Source: an uncultured Chlorobiaceae bacterium (GTDB lineage: Bacteria; Bacteroidota; Chlorobiia; Chlorobiales; Chlorobiaceae). From it: DNA of 64,000 bases. How positions within the stretch are numbered: position 1 is the first letter of the stretch; every line of letters starts with the position of its first letter. Below the pieces are notes generated by a model. The model was not told the origin of the DNA, made no database searches, and was given only the letters and a program-made list of their open reading frames with translations. The DNA lies in NCBI GenBank assembly GCA_903820085.1, contig CAIJGA010000032.1:10109-74108 (forward strand), given 5' to 3'. Below, in pieces: positions 49,778 to 58,035 of this stretch. The translations under genes and the position numbers were made by a program.

Positions 49778-50791
49778 ATGCTTGTCAGAATATTGAAAAG
49801 TGCTTTAAGGAGGAAGGGGATAGCTGCAATGGCTCTTTTCCTCCCCTTGTTTCTTCTTTTCTGCGGGTGTGCAGGCAATGATGGTCTGTCATCCCTTTCA
49901 CAGAAGCCTCGTTCAACGGTTCAAAAGGAGAATGGTATGCATTTTAATGAGTTGACTCCCGATGAAGTTCGGGTGATTGTCCATAAAGGAACGGAAAGGC
50001 CATTTACGGGAAAGTACTATCAGAACAAAGAGACGGGCACCTATCTCTGCAGGCGCTGTGATGCTCCGCTGTTTCGCTCAACAGACAAGTTTGAGTCGGG
50101 CACCGGCTGGCCGAGCTTTGATGACGCCATTGAAGGCGCGGTCAAAGAGATTCCTGATGCCGATGGCAGCCGAACGGAAATAGTATGCGCCAGATGCGGG
50201 GCCCATCTTGGTCACGTTTTTTTCAGGGAAAGGATGACCCCGAAAAATGTCCGTCATTGCGTCAATTCGCTTTCCCTTGGTTTTCTGCCTGAGGCAAAGG
50301 CTGCAGCAGTGACGCAAAAGGCGATCTTTGCCGGCGGATGCTTCTGGGGGGTAGAGTACCATTTCAACAAGCTGAAGGGGGTGCTTTCCGCCAAATCTGG
50401 CTATACGGGCGGCCTGACTGATCATCCGACCTACAAACAGGTCTGCACCGGTAAAACAGGACATGCCGAAGCCGTAGAGATAGAGTTCGATCCGGCACTG
50501 GTCAATTACGAAACCCTTGCAAAACTCTTTTTCGAGATTCATGATCCGACCGAACTCAACCGGCAGGGGCCAGATATCGGGACGCAGTACCGGTCTGCCG
50601 TTTTTTATACTGATGAGGAGCAGAAAAAGGTGGCCGAAAAGCTTATCGGCGAGCTGAAGGCCAAAGGATACAAGGTTGTGACCACGGTTGAAAAGGCTGG
50701 GCCATTCTGGGAGGCAGAGGAGTACCATCAGGACTATTACGAAAAAAACGGTCATCAGCCCTACTGCCATATTTATCAGAAGCGGTTTTAG
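49778..50791 (+). CDS. exported bifunctional methionine sulfoxide reductase (MsrB domain followed by MsrA domain)
   Basis: Lipobox-like LFCGCAG. MsrB motifs are YLCRRCDAPLF, GWPSF and RHCVNS. The MsrA motif is GGCFWGVE. Confidence 0.9.
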   Translation: MLVRILKSALRRKGIAAMALFLPLFLLFCGCAGNDGLSSLSQKPRSTVQKENGMHFNELTPDEVRVIVHKGTERPFTGKYYQNKETGTYLCRRCDAPLFRSTDKFESGTGWPSFDDAIEGAVKEIPDADGSRTEIVCARCGAHLGHVFFRERMTPKNVRHCVNSLSLGFLPEAKAAAVTQKAIFAGGCFWGVEYHFNKLKGVLSAKSGYTGGLTDHPTYKQVCTGKTGHAEAVEIEFDPALVNYETLAKLFFEIHDPTELNRQGPDIGTQYRSAVFYTDEEQKKVAEKLIGELKAKGYKVVTTVEKAGPFWEAEEYHQDYYEKNGHQPYCHIYQKRF

Positions 50792-51324
50792 CCCAGCAGC
50801 TCAAGCACTTCCTGAATGGTGTCGCAGACCGAATAGTAGCTGCCGTGTTCTTCAGTTACCATGTGCTCGGCAGCTATACGGTCAAAAAAGAGGAGCAGCG
50901 GGTTCCAGAAACCATTCAGGTTCAGCAGGATGATGGGTTTGTGATGGTGCCCGAGATGTTTCCAGGTGATCACTTCAATCAGCTCATCGAGGGTGCCGAA
51001 GCCTCCGGGGAGAACGAGATAGGCGTCTCCCCATTCAGCCAGTTTCATTTTCCGTTCGTGCATGGTTTCAACCACATGCAGTTCACTCAGGCCGTAATGG
51101 GCAACCTCACGCTCTTCAAGAAAGCGGGGAATGATGCCTTTGACCGTTCCTCCGCTCTCCATTACGGCATCGGCTATGCAGCCCATCAGCCCGACCCGTC
51201 CCCCGCCAAAAACCAGGCCGATACCCCGTTTTCCAAATTCCCGGCCAAGTTCAGTGGCCGCAGCAAAATAGTCGCGAGGGGCGAGATTGCTTGAACTGCA
51301 GTAGACGGTTACGGATGAGATCAT
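50788..51324 (-). CDS. LOG family (TIGR00730) nucleotide phosphoribohydrolase
   Basis: VFGGGRVGLMG and PGGFGTLDE motifs. Confidence 0.85.
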   Translation of the reverse strand: MISSVTVYCSSSNLAPRDYFAAATELGREFGKRGIGLVFGGGRVGLMGCIADAVMESGGTVKGIIPRFLEEREVAHYGLSELHVVETMHERKMKLAEWGDAYLVLPGGFGTLDELIEVITWKHLGHHHKPIILLNLNGFWNPLLLFFDRIAAEHMVTEEHGSYYSVCDTIQEVLELLG

Positions 51325-51332
51325 GGTTGAAG

Positions 51333-51962
51333 TCAGTAGTTAAGGGTGATGCTGTCATGAGCACGCTCGTAGACATAGGTTTTCGGATCCGCTATCTTTT
51401 TTACCGCAAAGCGCTCTGAAGCTCTCTCCCAGAGGTCGGTATCTTCGGCATACACCATATCGCGGAATCCTTCGAGGGTAAAAAAGAGCTCTCGTTTTCC
51501 GAAGAGGGTTCCGCAAAGAATGCACTCCCTGATTCCGATGAGCTGGTCGGGCTGGTAACAGTCTTTGACCTTGATGGTTTCATCACAGAGAAAGCCTCCC
51601 GAGAGCAGGGAAACATCCCCTGTCTCTTCGATGAGGCTTATCCTTGTTTCAAGATGGTTTTCCAGATAGTGGTCGTCACTGTCAAGAAAGGTTATGTAGC
51701 GGCCGAAAGAGGCCTGGATACCGCCGTTTCGCGCGAGTGCGGCTTTCCGGTTACTCTGCTTCATATACCGGATATTGGGAAAGCGGAGGATGTACGGGTC
51801 AAGCGTTTCGAAGGTGTTGTCGTTGCTGCCGTCATCGACAATAATAAGCTCCCAGTTGCTGAATGACTGTGCAAGAACGCTCTTTACGGCGTTTTCAAGA
51901 TGGCGGGCCCGGTTCAGGGTGGCGATGATAATTGAAATGTCGGGTTTGCAACTGAATCTCAT
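51333..51962 (-). CDS. family 2 glycosyltransferase
   Basis: ISIIIATLNRA, IIVDDGSND and LDSDD motifs. The ATG at 51962 overlaps the stop of the upstream synthase gene (ATGA). Confidence 0.75.
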   Translation of the reverse strand: MRFSCKPDISIIIATLNRARHLENAVKSVLAQSFSNWELIIVDDGSNDNTFETLDPYILRFPNIRYMKQSNRKAALARNGGIQASFGRYITFLDSDDHYLENHLETRISLIEETGDVSLLSGGFLCDETIKVKDCYQPDQLIGIRECILCGTLFGKRELFFTLEGFRDMVYAEDTDLWERASERFAVKKIADPKTYVYERAHDSITLNY

Positions 51963-52960
51963 GGTCTTGCAGCTTTGATAGCAAAAGCACAAACGAGCAT
52001 GCCGGCAACCAGAAAGTTCTGGGCAATGGCGTTATAGCGAACATCCATGGTTGCCGGTGATTTTACCAAAGCAAACTGCAGGAAAAATTGCGGAATAACA
52101 AGGGCGCCGACCATGATTCCATAGGTAGTCTGACCGATCATGAACAGGTAGCCTGATGCAAGAAGTTGGCCGGTATTGATGAGTATGGCGGCAATGAGTG
52201 CTGCATTGGTCTCTCCGAAGACAACGGGAAGCGTTCTGATGCCGACCTGCCGGTCGCCCTCTATTGATTTGAAGTCGTTGATGGTCATGGTGCCGGTACT
52301 GGAGAGGGTGAAAAGCCCGGCAACGATCAGTGACGGCTGCAGTGATGAAAGGGTAACGGAGGCATTATAGGCGATCTCCCCGGCTATCCATGGTATGATC
52401 AGGTAGGAGACGGCCACAATGATATTACCCGCCCAGAGCCGTTTTTTCAGTTTGATGGGGTTTGCGCTGTAGAGGTGCGCATTGACAATGCCGATAACAA
52501 CGTAAAACCCGATGAGCGGATGGATCAGATAGCCGGTGATAACCGAAAAGACCGACCAGAGCGCAATCAGGATTGTTGCGTTTTTGAGCGATATGGCCCC
52601 GCCGGGTATGGGGCGGTTTGGTTCGTTGATTTCATCGAGATCACGGTCAAAATAGTCGTTCAGCATCTGGCAGGTTCCGCTTGCCAGCGGACCGGTGAGC
52701 AGCATGGCAAGGATAAACTTCATGCCGATCATCTCTTTCCATCCGAAAGCACCGGTTGCCACAGCACCGCAGAGAAAGCTCCACATGACGGGAATCCAGG
52801 TGACCGGTTTAAGAAAGCGTATGATCAGTGCCAGTTTGGAGATGTTCTCAACCGGCATCGGTCGGGCCTGGACCAGTTTCCGGACACTCAGTGGCGTTTT
52901 GAATTCGCCCTGATCGGGCTGCTGATGCTCTGAACTCTTGAAGGGAGGAAAATCACTCAC
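51959..52960 (-). CDS. (bacterio)chlorophyll synthase, UbiA prenyltransferase family (BchG/BchK/ChlG paralog not resolved)
   Basis: NDYFDRDLDEINEPNRPIPGGAIS motif and a 9-TM UbiA architecture of about 330 aa. Confidence 0.85.
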   Translation of the reverse strand: MSDFPPFKSSEHQQPDQGEFKTPLSVRKLVQARPMPVENISKLALIIRFLKPVTWIPVMWSFLCGAVATGAFGWKEMIGMKFILAMLLTGPLASGTCQMLNDYFDRDLDEINEPNRPIPGGAISLKNATILIALWSVFSVITGYLIHPLIGFYVVIGIVNAHLYSANPIKLKKRLWAGNIIVAVSYLIIPWIAGEIAYNASVTLSSLQPSLIVAGLFTLSSTGTMTINDFKSIEGDRQVGIRTLPVVFGETNAALIAAILINTGQLLASGYLFMIGQTTYGIMVGALVIPQFFLQFALVKSPATMDVRYNAIAQNFLVAGMLVCAFAIKAARP

Positions 52961-53060
52961 ACGTACAGACTTAGGTTCGAAAAATACTGACAGCCTTGAA
53001 AATAACAGGTAAAACTGAAGAAAGGAATCATCTGCCTCAAAACGGCACTGTTATATCTGC

Positions 53061-53080
53061 AATATCCTGAAATATCCTGA
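53061..53080. repeat. perfect tandem decamer AATATCCTGA x2 in a divergent intergenic region
   Basis: Read directly: 53061-53070 and 53071-53080 are identical. Confidence 0.9.
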
Positions 53081-53185
53081 AGATTTTTTTTAAACTGCAT
53101 AAATGGCGTCTCTCTTACGTCATTTATGCTTTTTCAAGGTCGTTGCTTGTTGTTAAATCCAGACACTAAAGAGGAGATTTGCCCT

Positions 53186-53650
53186 ATGGATGGTCGCCGT
53201 TTGCTTAAGGAGATGAAAAAAACTTTTTTGTTTCACGCCATTGCAGCTCATTTCAGCAATGGGCTTATTCCCGTTGCCGTGCTCTATCTGCTATTGACCC
53301 TTTCAACCGGGAACATCTATTTTGAACATACGATTGAGCATCTCATTGTCATCGTTCTGCTGGCTATTCCAGTCTCGTTTGTTTCAGGCATTCATGACTG
53401 GAAAAAGAAATACCGTGGAGCCAAAGCGCCCATCTTTATCAACAAAATAAGACTGTCCTGTCTGCTTTTTCTTTTATGCGCCTCTGCTGCCGGAATGAGG
53501 CTTACCACCCCTGAAGTGATGAACCGGGACGGCATTGAACACTGGATCTATCTTGCGCTCCTTTTTTCCATGTTGCCTGTTGTGACGCTGCTTGGCCATT
53601 ATGGGGGAAAACTTTCTGCCCAGTCACGCCAGAGCTCCAAACAAGTCTAA
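53186..53650 (+). CDS. DUF2231-like membrane protein
   Basis: FHAIAAHFSNGLIPVA motif and four TM segments. ATG at 53186 is preceded by AAGAGGAG. Confidence 0.5.
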   Translation: MDGRRLLKEMKKTFLFHAIAAHFSNGLIPVAVLYLLLTLSTGNIYFEHTIEHLIVIVLLAIPVSFVSGIHDWKKKYRGAKAPIFINKIRLSCLLFLLCASAAGMRLTTPEVMNRDGIEHWIYLALLFSMLPVVTLLGHYGGKLSAQSRQSSKQV

Positions 53651-53687
53651 GCAAGTGGAGCTGCCATAACCAAAACGAAACATTTCC

Positions 53688-54314
53688 ATGATCGACAGTA
53701 ACGTGCTGCTGGTATTTTTTACAACATCGGTTATTCTCGCACTCTCGCCTGGCCCCGACAACCTTTTTGTCATGGCCCAATCAGCCCAGAACGGCCGGAC
53801 GGCTGGTTTGTTTGTTACCCTTGGTCTTGCTACCGGGCTTGTTGGACACACGGTGGCAGTTGCTTTTGGTCTTGCGGCCATCGTGCACTCGTCGGCGATT
53901 GCCTTTTCTGTCCTGAAATATATTGGTGCGGCATATCTGCTCTATCTTGCCTGGCAGGCACTCAGGGCAGCAGCCTCAACCGGTCAGCAGAACCCTGTTC
54001 AGGCTCTTTCAAGGGGAAATCTTTATCGGCGGGGGATTGTCATGAACCTGACCAACCCCAAGGTTTCACTTTTTTTTATGGCTTTTCTGCCACAGTTTGC
54101 TGATCCGCGTCATGGCTCCATGATGGTGCAGTTCGTTCTGCTTGGGGCTGTTTTCATCACCGCAACCCTCCTTGTGTTCAGCGTCATCAGCGTTCTTGCC
54201 GGTGGATTTGGCGACAAATTCCGCAACTCCACTCTTGCACAGAAAGCAGTCAACAGAATAGCTGCTGCAGTATTTATTGCACTTGCCATTAAATTGGCCA
54301 TTTCGGAACGCTGA
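53688..54314 (+). CDS. LysE/RhtB family amino-acid exporter
   Basis: ALSPGPDNLFV N-terminal motif, 208 aa, 6 TM segments. Confidence 0.85.
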   Translation: MIDSNVLLVFFTTSVILALSPGPDNLFVMAQSAQNGRTAGLFVTLGLATGLVGHTVAVAFGLAAIVHSSAIAFSVLKYIGAAYLLYLAWQALRAAASTGQQNPVQALSRGNLYRRGIVMNLTNPKVSLFFMAFLPQFADPRHGSMMVQFVLLGAVFITATLLVFSVISVLAGGFGDKFRNSTLAQKAVNRIAAAVFIALAIKLAISER

Positions 54315-54400
54315 ACGACGCATGCGGGTTTTCCTGACTGATCGGCTTATTTTCTAATTGCTTATGATGTACTTCACGATGATGCAAATAAAGATAAATC

Positions 54401-55510
54401 ATGCCATACATCCCGCTCATACCGGCATCAGAACTGCCTGAAAACAGTCATAAATCTGTCCGGTTCGGTAAAAAAAGCATTGCGTTGTTTCATTACAGGG
54501 GGATCATTACTGCCCTTGGGAACACCTGTATCCACGAGGGAGGGGATCTCGGCCAGGGATTCATCCAGACGCTCGACGACGGAGAGTTGTACGTTGCTTG
54601 TCCCTGGCACGGGTGGCAGTACAACCTGAAAAGCGGCCAGGCGCCTTATGGCTACAAGGACCGGCAGGCGCTCTATGAGGTAATTGTTGAAAACGGGATG
54701 ATCCTGGTCTCTGAAGAGCCGGTCACCAAGGCTTTCAAGGCGGCCCACGACGATGACCCTCTGGCTGATCTCAGAAAGCTTGATTATCAGACTACCGGGA
54801 AGAGTCTTAATGTGCTCGGGATTTCCGCCACCAATATGAACCGCGATCTGCCCCGGCCATCTACCTCCGAAACCGCATTGCAGCAGGCTCTCGATTTTGC
54901 CGCATCCGAGTTTGGGGCTGCAACGAAAATGATCAGGCTCAGAGAGCTGAAATTCCGCCATTGCGAAGGGTACTACAGCCGTCATGAGAGAGCTTGTACG
55001 TGGCCCTGTTCCATTTCAGAAATGGACGGAGAGGATGGGATGAACGAAATTTACCGTAATATGGTGTTGTGGGCGGATGCTGTTATTCTTGCTACGCCAA
55101 TCAGGTGGGGCAATGCGTCATCGCTCTATTATAAAATGGCTGAACGCCTTAATACCGTCCAGAATCAGATAACGATTCATGACCGGGTATTGATCAAAAA
55201 CAAGGTGGCTTCGTTCATTATCACCGGAGGACAGGACAATGTTCAGGGGGTCGCCGGAAATCTCAGCTCGTTTTTTACTGATCTTGGTTTTACGCTTCCG
55301 CCATTTAACTTTCTCGGTTGGAGCAGAGGCTGGATTGCTGAGGATACCGAAAACAATTACAACTCGTTTTTCAAAAGCCGATATGTGAAACGTTCGGTCA
55401 AGGAACTGGTCTCCAATACGGTTCAACTGGTCATGCAGATCAAGAATATGGACGCATCACATCTGCAAACTCCGAAGCCGAAAATTTCCGAGGCAGGAAG
55501 CAATGGATAG
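54401..55510 (+). CDS. fusion protein: Rieske [2Fe-2S] domain plus flavodoxin-like / NADPH-dependent FMN reductase-like domain
   Basis: Rieske ligand boxes CIHEGG and CPWHGW. The C-terminal part has ADAVILATPIRWGNASSLYYKMAERL and a CEGYYSRHERACTWPC Cys cluster, as in iron-sulfur flavoproteins. Confidence 0.65.
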   Translation: MPYIPLIPASELPENSHKSVRFGKKSIALFHYRGIITALGNTCIHEGGDLGQGFIQTLDDGELYVACPWHGWQYNLKSGQAPYGYKDRQALYEVIVENGMILVSEEPVTKAFKAAHDDDPLADLRKLDYQTTGKSLNVLGISATNMNRDLPRPSTSETALQQALDFAASEFGAATKMIRLRELKFRHCEGYYSRHERACTWPCSISEMDGEDGMNEIYRNMVLWADAVILATPIRWGNASSLYYKMAERLNTVQNQITIHDRVLIKNKVASFIITGGQDNVQGVAGNLSSFFTDLGFTLPPFNFLGWSRGWIAEDTENNYNSFFKSRYVKRSVKELVSNTVQLVMQIKNMDASHLQTPKPKISEAGSNG

Positions 55511-55745
55511 AATCCGGTAAATAATGCTATTTCTTTGGCCTTTATTTTTTTTATTTTTTAATTAATAGTATTATCCGCGGCAATTTATACTTTAGGATTG
55601 TCTGATATTTTTCAGAAAAGTGTTTTTCCTCTCTCCCCCTATGACAGACAAAATTCTCATATTCGGGATCCTCATCCCTTTGACGCCGCCGTCCAATCGT
55701 CGCCTGAAACTTTTTCCTTGTGAGTTGTTGCCATTGCGGCTCTCC

Positions 55746-57059
55746 ATGATTCTTTTTGTTACAATAATCATGCTTTTTTCTTCATCTCTTCCTGCGCAAA
55801 CAAGAGATGATTCATTGCAGGTTCCAATATGTTCCTATATCGTCAAGGAGACAGGCCGTCCCACCGTCCTGGGAGAAAAAGATATCGAGAGATCGGTCTC
55901 TCCGGCAAGCTTGACCAAGATTCTGACCTGTATCATGGCGATTGAAAGCGGCAGGCTGGAAGATAATGTGCTGATTACAAAAGAGTCAACCATGGTTGAA
56001 CCATCAAAAGCGGGGTTCAACGAAGGCGATAGAATAAGGCTTGTCGATCTGGTAAAGGCGGCCATGATCAATTCAAGCAATGATGCAGCATTTGCCATAG
56101 CCATCCATCTGTACGGTAATGTTGATTCGTTTGTTGCCGCAATGAACAGCAAGGCGCGACGGATTGGAATGAAGAATTCCAGGTTTACCAACCCGGCAGG
56201 TTTTGACAAAGGTATTTATGCTGGCAACGTCTCCACAGCTGAAGATCTTTTGCGCCTTACTGAATATTCGGTCAGAAATCCTGTTTTCAACCAGATAGCC
56301 AGGCTTGAGCAGGCTATTTTTATGGAGCAGACAACCCGAAAAGTTTATTGCCTGAAAACCCACAACAAGCTTCTTACTAAATATCCTTACGCAGTTGGCA
56401 TCAAAACCGGCTTTACCACCAAAGCGGGGAAGTGCCTGATTGCACGGGCAATCAAGGATAACAAGGATATTCTTCTGGTGATGCTGAATGCAAAAACAGA
56501 CCGATGGAATGTTGCGGTTAACATTTTTGACAAGGCTTTTTCAACCAGCAAGCCCAGCTCAGAGTCGTTTGCTCAAATATTTCGGGGTGATTCAGGCCTG
56601 TCAGTGCCTCCGCCTCTAGCCTCCCTGGAACAAGCTGACAAAAGAGAGCCCAGGATGCCAGGGTTAGGGTATAAATTGACGAAACGGGGGATTGACCGTC
56701 ATGTCGTTGCCGAATTGAGAGACATCAGACCGTCGAAGAGAGAAGTGATGGCCAGGCAGAGAAACAGCAGGGCCTCGAAAAGAGAATCAATTGCCGGACT
56801 GAGGAGCAAAAGCGGTGCAAAGCGTCATGCCGTTGCCGAGTTGAGAAACAGCAGGATGTCGAAGGGTCGTGTTCTTGCCATTCAGCAAGGGAGCAAGAAA
56901 TCGAAAACCCACCAGGTTGCCAAATTGAAAAGCGGTAGCAAACAAAAAAATGGCGATGTTGTTTTATCAAAACCAGTCAGGAAAAACAAAAGAAGAGTAG
57001 CAAGTTCATATACCCCGGTGATGATAAATATTGCAGCTTGTCATGAGCTGAACGCTTAA
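55746..57059 (+). CDS. serine-type D-Ala-D-Ala carboxypeptidase (S11, PBP5-like) with a basic repeat tail
   Basis: SxxK (SPASLTK), SxN (NSSND) and KTG (IKTGFT) motifs. Start is uncertain (55746; the ORF track gives a GTG at 55620). Confidence 0.8.
   Translation: MILFVTIIMLFSSSLPAQTRDDSLQVPICSYIVKETGRPTVLGEKDIERSVSPASLTKILTCIMAIESGRLEDNVLITKESTMVEPSKAGFNEGDRIRLVDLVKAAMINSSNDAAFAIAIHLYGNVDSFVAAMNSKARRIGMKNSRFTNPAGFDKGIYAGNVSTAEDLLRLTEYSVRNPVFNQIARLEQAIFMEQTTRKVYCLKTHNKLLTKYPYAVGIKTGFTTKAGKCLIARAIKDNKDILLVMLNAKTDRWNVAVNIFDKAFSTSKPSSESFAQIFRGDSGLSVPPPLASLEQADKREPRMPGLGYKLTKRGIDRHVVAELRDIRPSKREVMARQRNSRASKRESIAGLRSKSGAKRHAVAELRNSRMSKGRVLAIQQGSKKSKTHQVAKLKSGSKQKNGDVVLSKPVRKNKRRVASSYTPVMINIAACHELNA
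56697..56948 (+). repeat. two tandem 126-nt (42-aa) imperfect repeats encoding a Lys/Arg/Ser-rich tail
   Basis: Unit 1 is RHVVAELRDIRPSKREVMARQRNSRASKRESIAGLRSKSGAK. Unit 2 is RHAVAELRNSRMSKGRVLAIQQGSKKSKTHQVAKLKSGSKQK. The nucleotide repeats start at 56697 and 56823. Confidence 0.8.
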
Positions 57060-57089
57060 GTAAATTAACTATACAAACCAGATTCAAAA

Positions 57090-57392
57090 ATGATCAAGCA
57101 TATCGTCATGTGGCGGCTAAAGGATGTTGCGCATGGCAATGACCGGCAGACTAATGCCGCTCTTATCAAGGAAAAGCTTACTGCACTGCGCGGAAGGATT
57201 CCAGGGATGACGGCTATCGAGGTTGGAATTGATTTTAGTCGTACCGATAGTTCCTGCGATGTTGTTTTGTATAGTGAATTTTTGGACCGTCATGCTCTGG
57301 CAGCCTATCAGGAAAATCCGGAACATGAAGCATTGAAGCCCTTTATCGGCATGGCTAGCATAGAACGAAGGATTGCTGATTACGAGGTGTGA
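57090..57392 (+). CDS. Dabb (stress-responsive A/B barrel) family protein
   Basis: 100 aa with MIKHIVMWRLKD...YQENPEHEALKPF, the typical Dabb pattern. Confidence 0.8.
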   Translation: MIKHIVMWRLKDVAHGNDRQTNAALIKEKLTALRGRIPGMTAIEVGIDFSRTDSSCDVVLYSEFLDRHALAAYQENPEHEALKPFIGMASIERRIADYEV

Positions 57393-57419
57393 TGAAGACG
57401 GATAAGAAACAATAAAAAA

Positions 57420-57448
57420 GCGGAGGGTTTAGAACCGTCCGCTTTTTT
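57420..57448. terminator. bidirectional rho-independent terminator
   Basis: GCGGAGGG, a loop, then CCGTCCGC (57420-57442). Flanked by an A-run upstream and TTTTTT at 57443-57448. Lies between convergent genes. Confidence 0.6.
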
Positions 57449-57465
57449 ATTGATGATTTTTTTGT

Positions 57466-57654
57466 TTATGCCTGAAGGATGCACTCAGCAGGACAAACAG
57501 CAACGCAAGCCTGCGAGTCAGAGTATCCGACGCATTCTGTGCAGGTATTTGCATCGATGAAATAAACATCGTCGCCGGCAGAAATTGCATTGACCGGACA
57601 TTCTGGTTCACAAGCTCCGCAGTAAGTGCATTCTTCAGTAATGTAAAGTGCCAT
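57466..57654 (-). CDS. 2[4Fe-4S] ferredoxin (Chlorobium-type, 62 aa)
   Basis: CTYCGACEPECP and CTEC...CVAVCP cluster motifs. Confidence 0.9.
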   Translation of the reverse strand: MALYITEECTYCGACEPECPVNAISAGDDVYFIDANTCTECVGYSDSQACVAVCPAECILQA

Positions 57655-57802
57655 AGTGACTTCCTCGCTTAAGTGGTTATAAAAAAAAGGAAAGAACGAT
57701 TCGGGTGAACTTTTGTCAATATAAGATTTTTTTTTAGCTCAAAAAAAACGTCACATCACGAAAGCCGATTTTTTCAGCTCCATGATTGTGAGCTGTCAAT
57801 TC

Positions 57803-57991
57803 TCAGACAATAATGATGCATTCAACCGGGCACACTTCAACGCAGGCTGCGTCATTATGCCAGCCGATGCAGTCAATACAGGACGTTTCATCAATAACAT
57901 AGATTTCCTCGCCAGCAGTAATGGCGTTTACCGGACACTCAGGTTCACATGCACCGCAATACGTGCATGAATCAGTAATTCGATGCGGCAT
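57803..57991 (-). CDS. 2[4Fe-4S] ferredoxin (Chlorobium-type, 62 aa), paralog
   Basis: CTYCGACEPECP and CIDC...CVEVCP cluster motifs. Confidence 0.9.
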   Translation of the reverse strand: MPHRITDSCTYCGACEPECPVNAITAGEEIYVIDETSCIDCIGWHNDAACVEVCPVECIIIV

Positions 57992-58035
57992 CTTTGTTCC
58001 TTGGTTAAAGATTATCAGAGACCTTTATTATACGT

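Noticed and set aside
50078-50770. 230-aa minus-strand ORF
   Set aside because: It is antisense to the MsrB-MsrA fusion gene.
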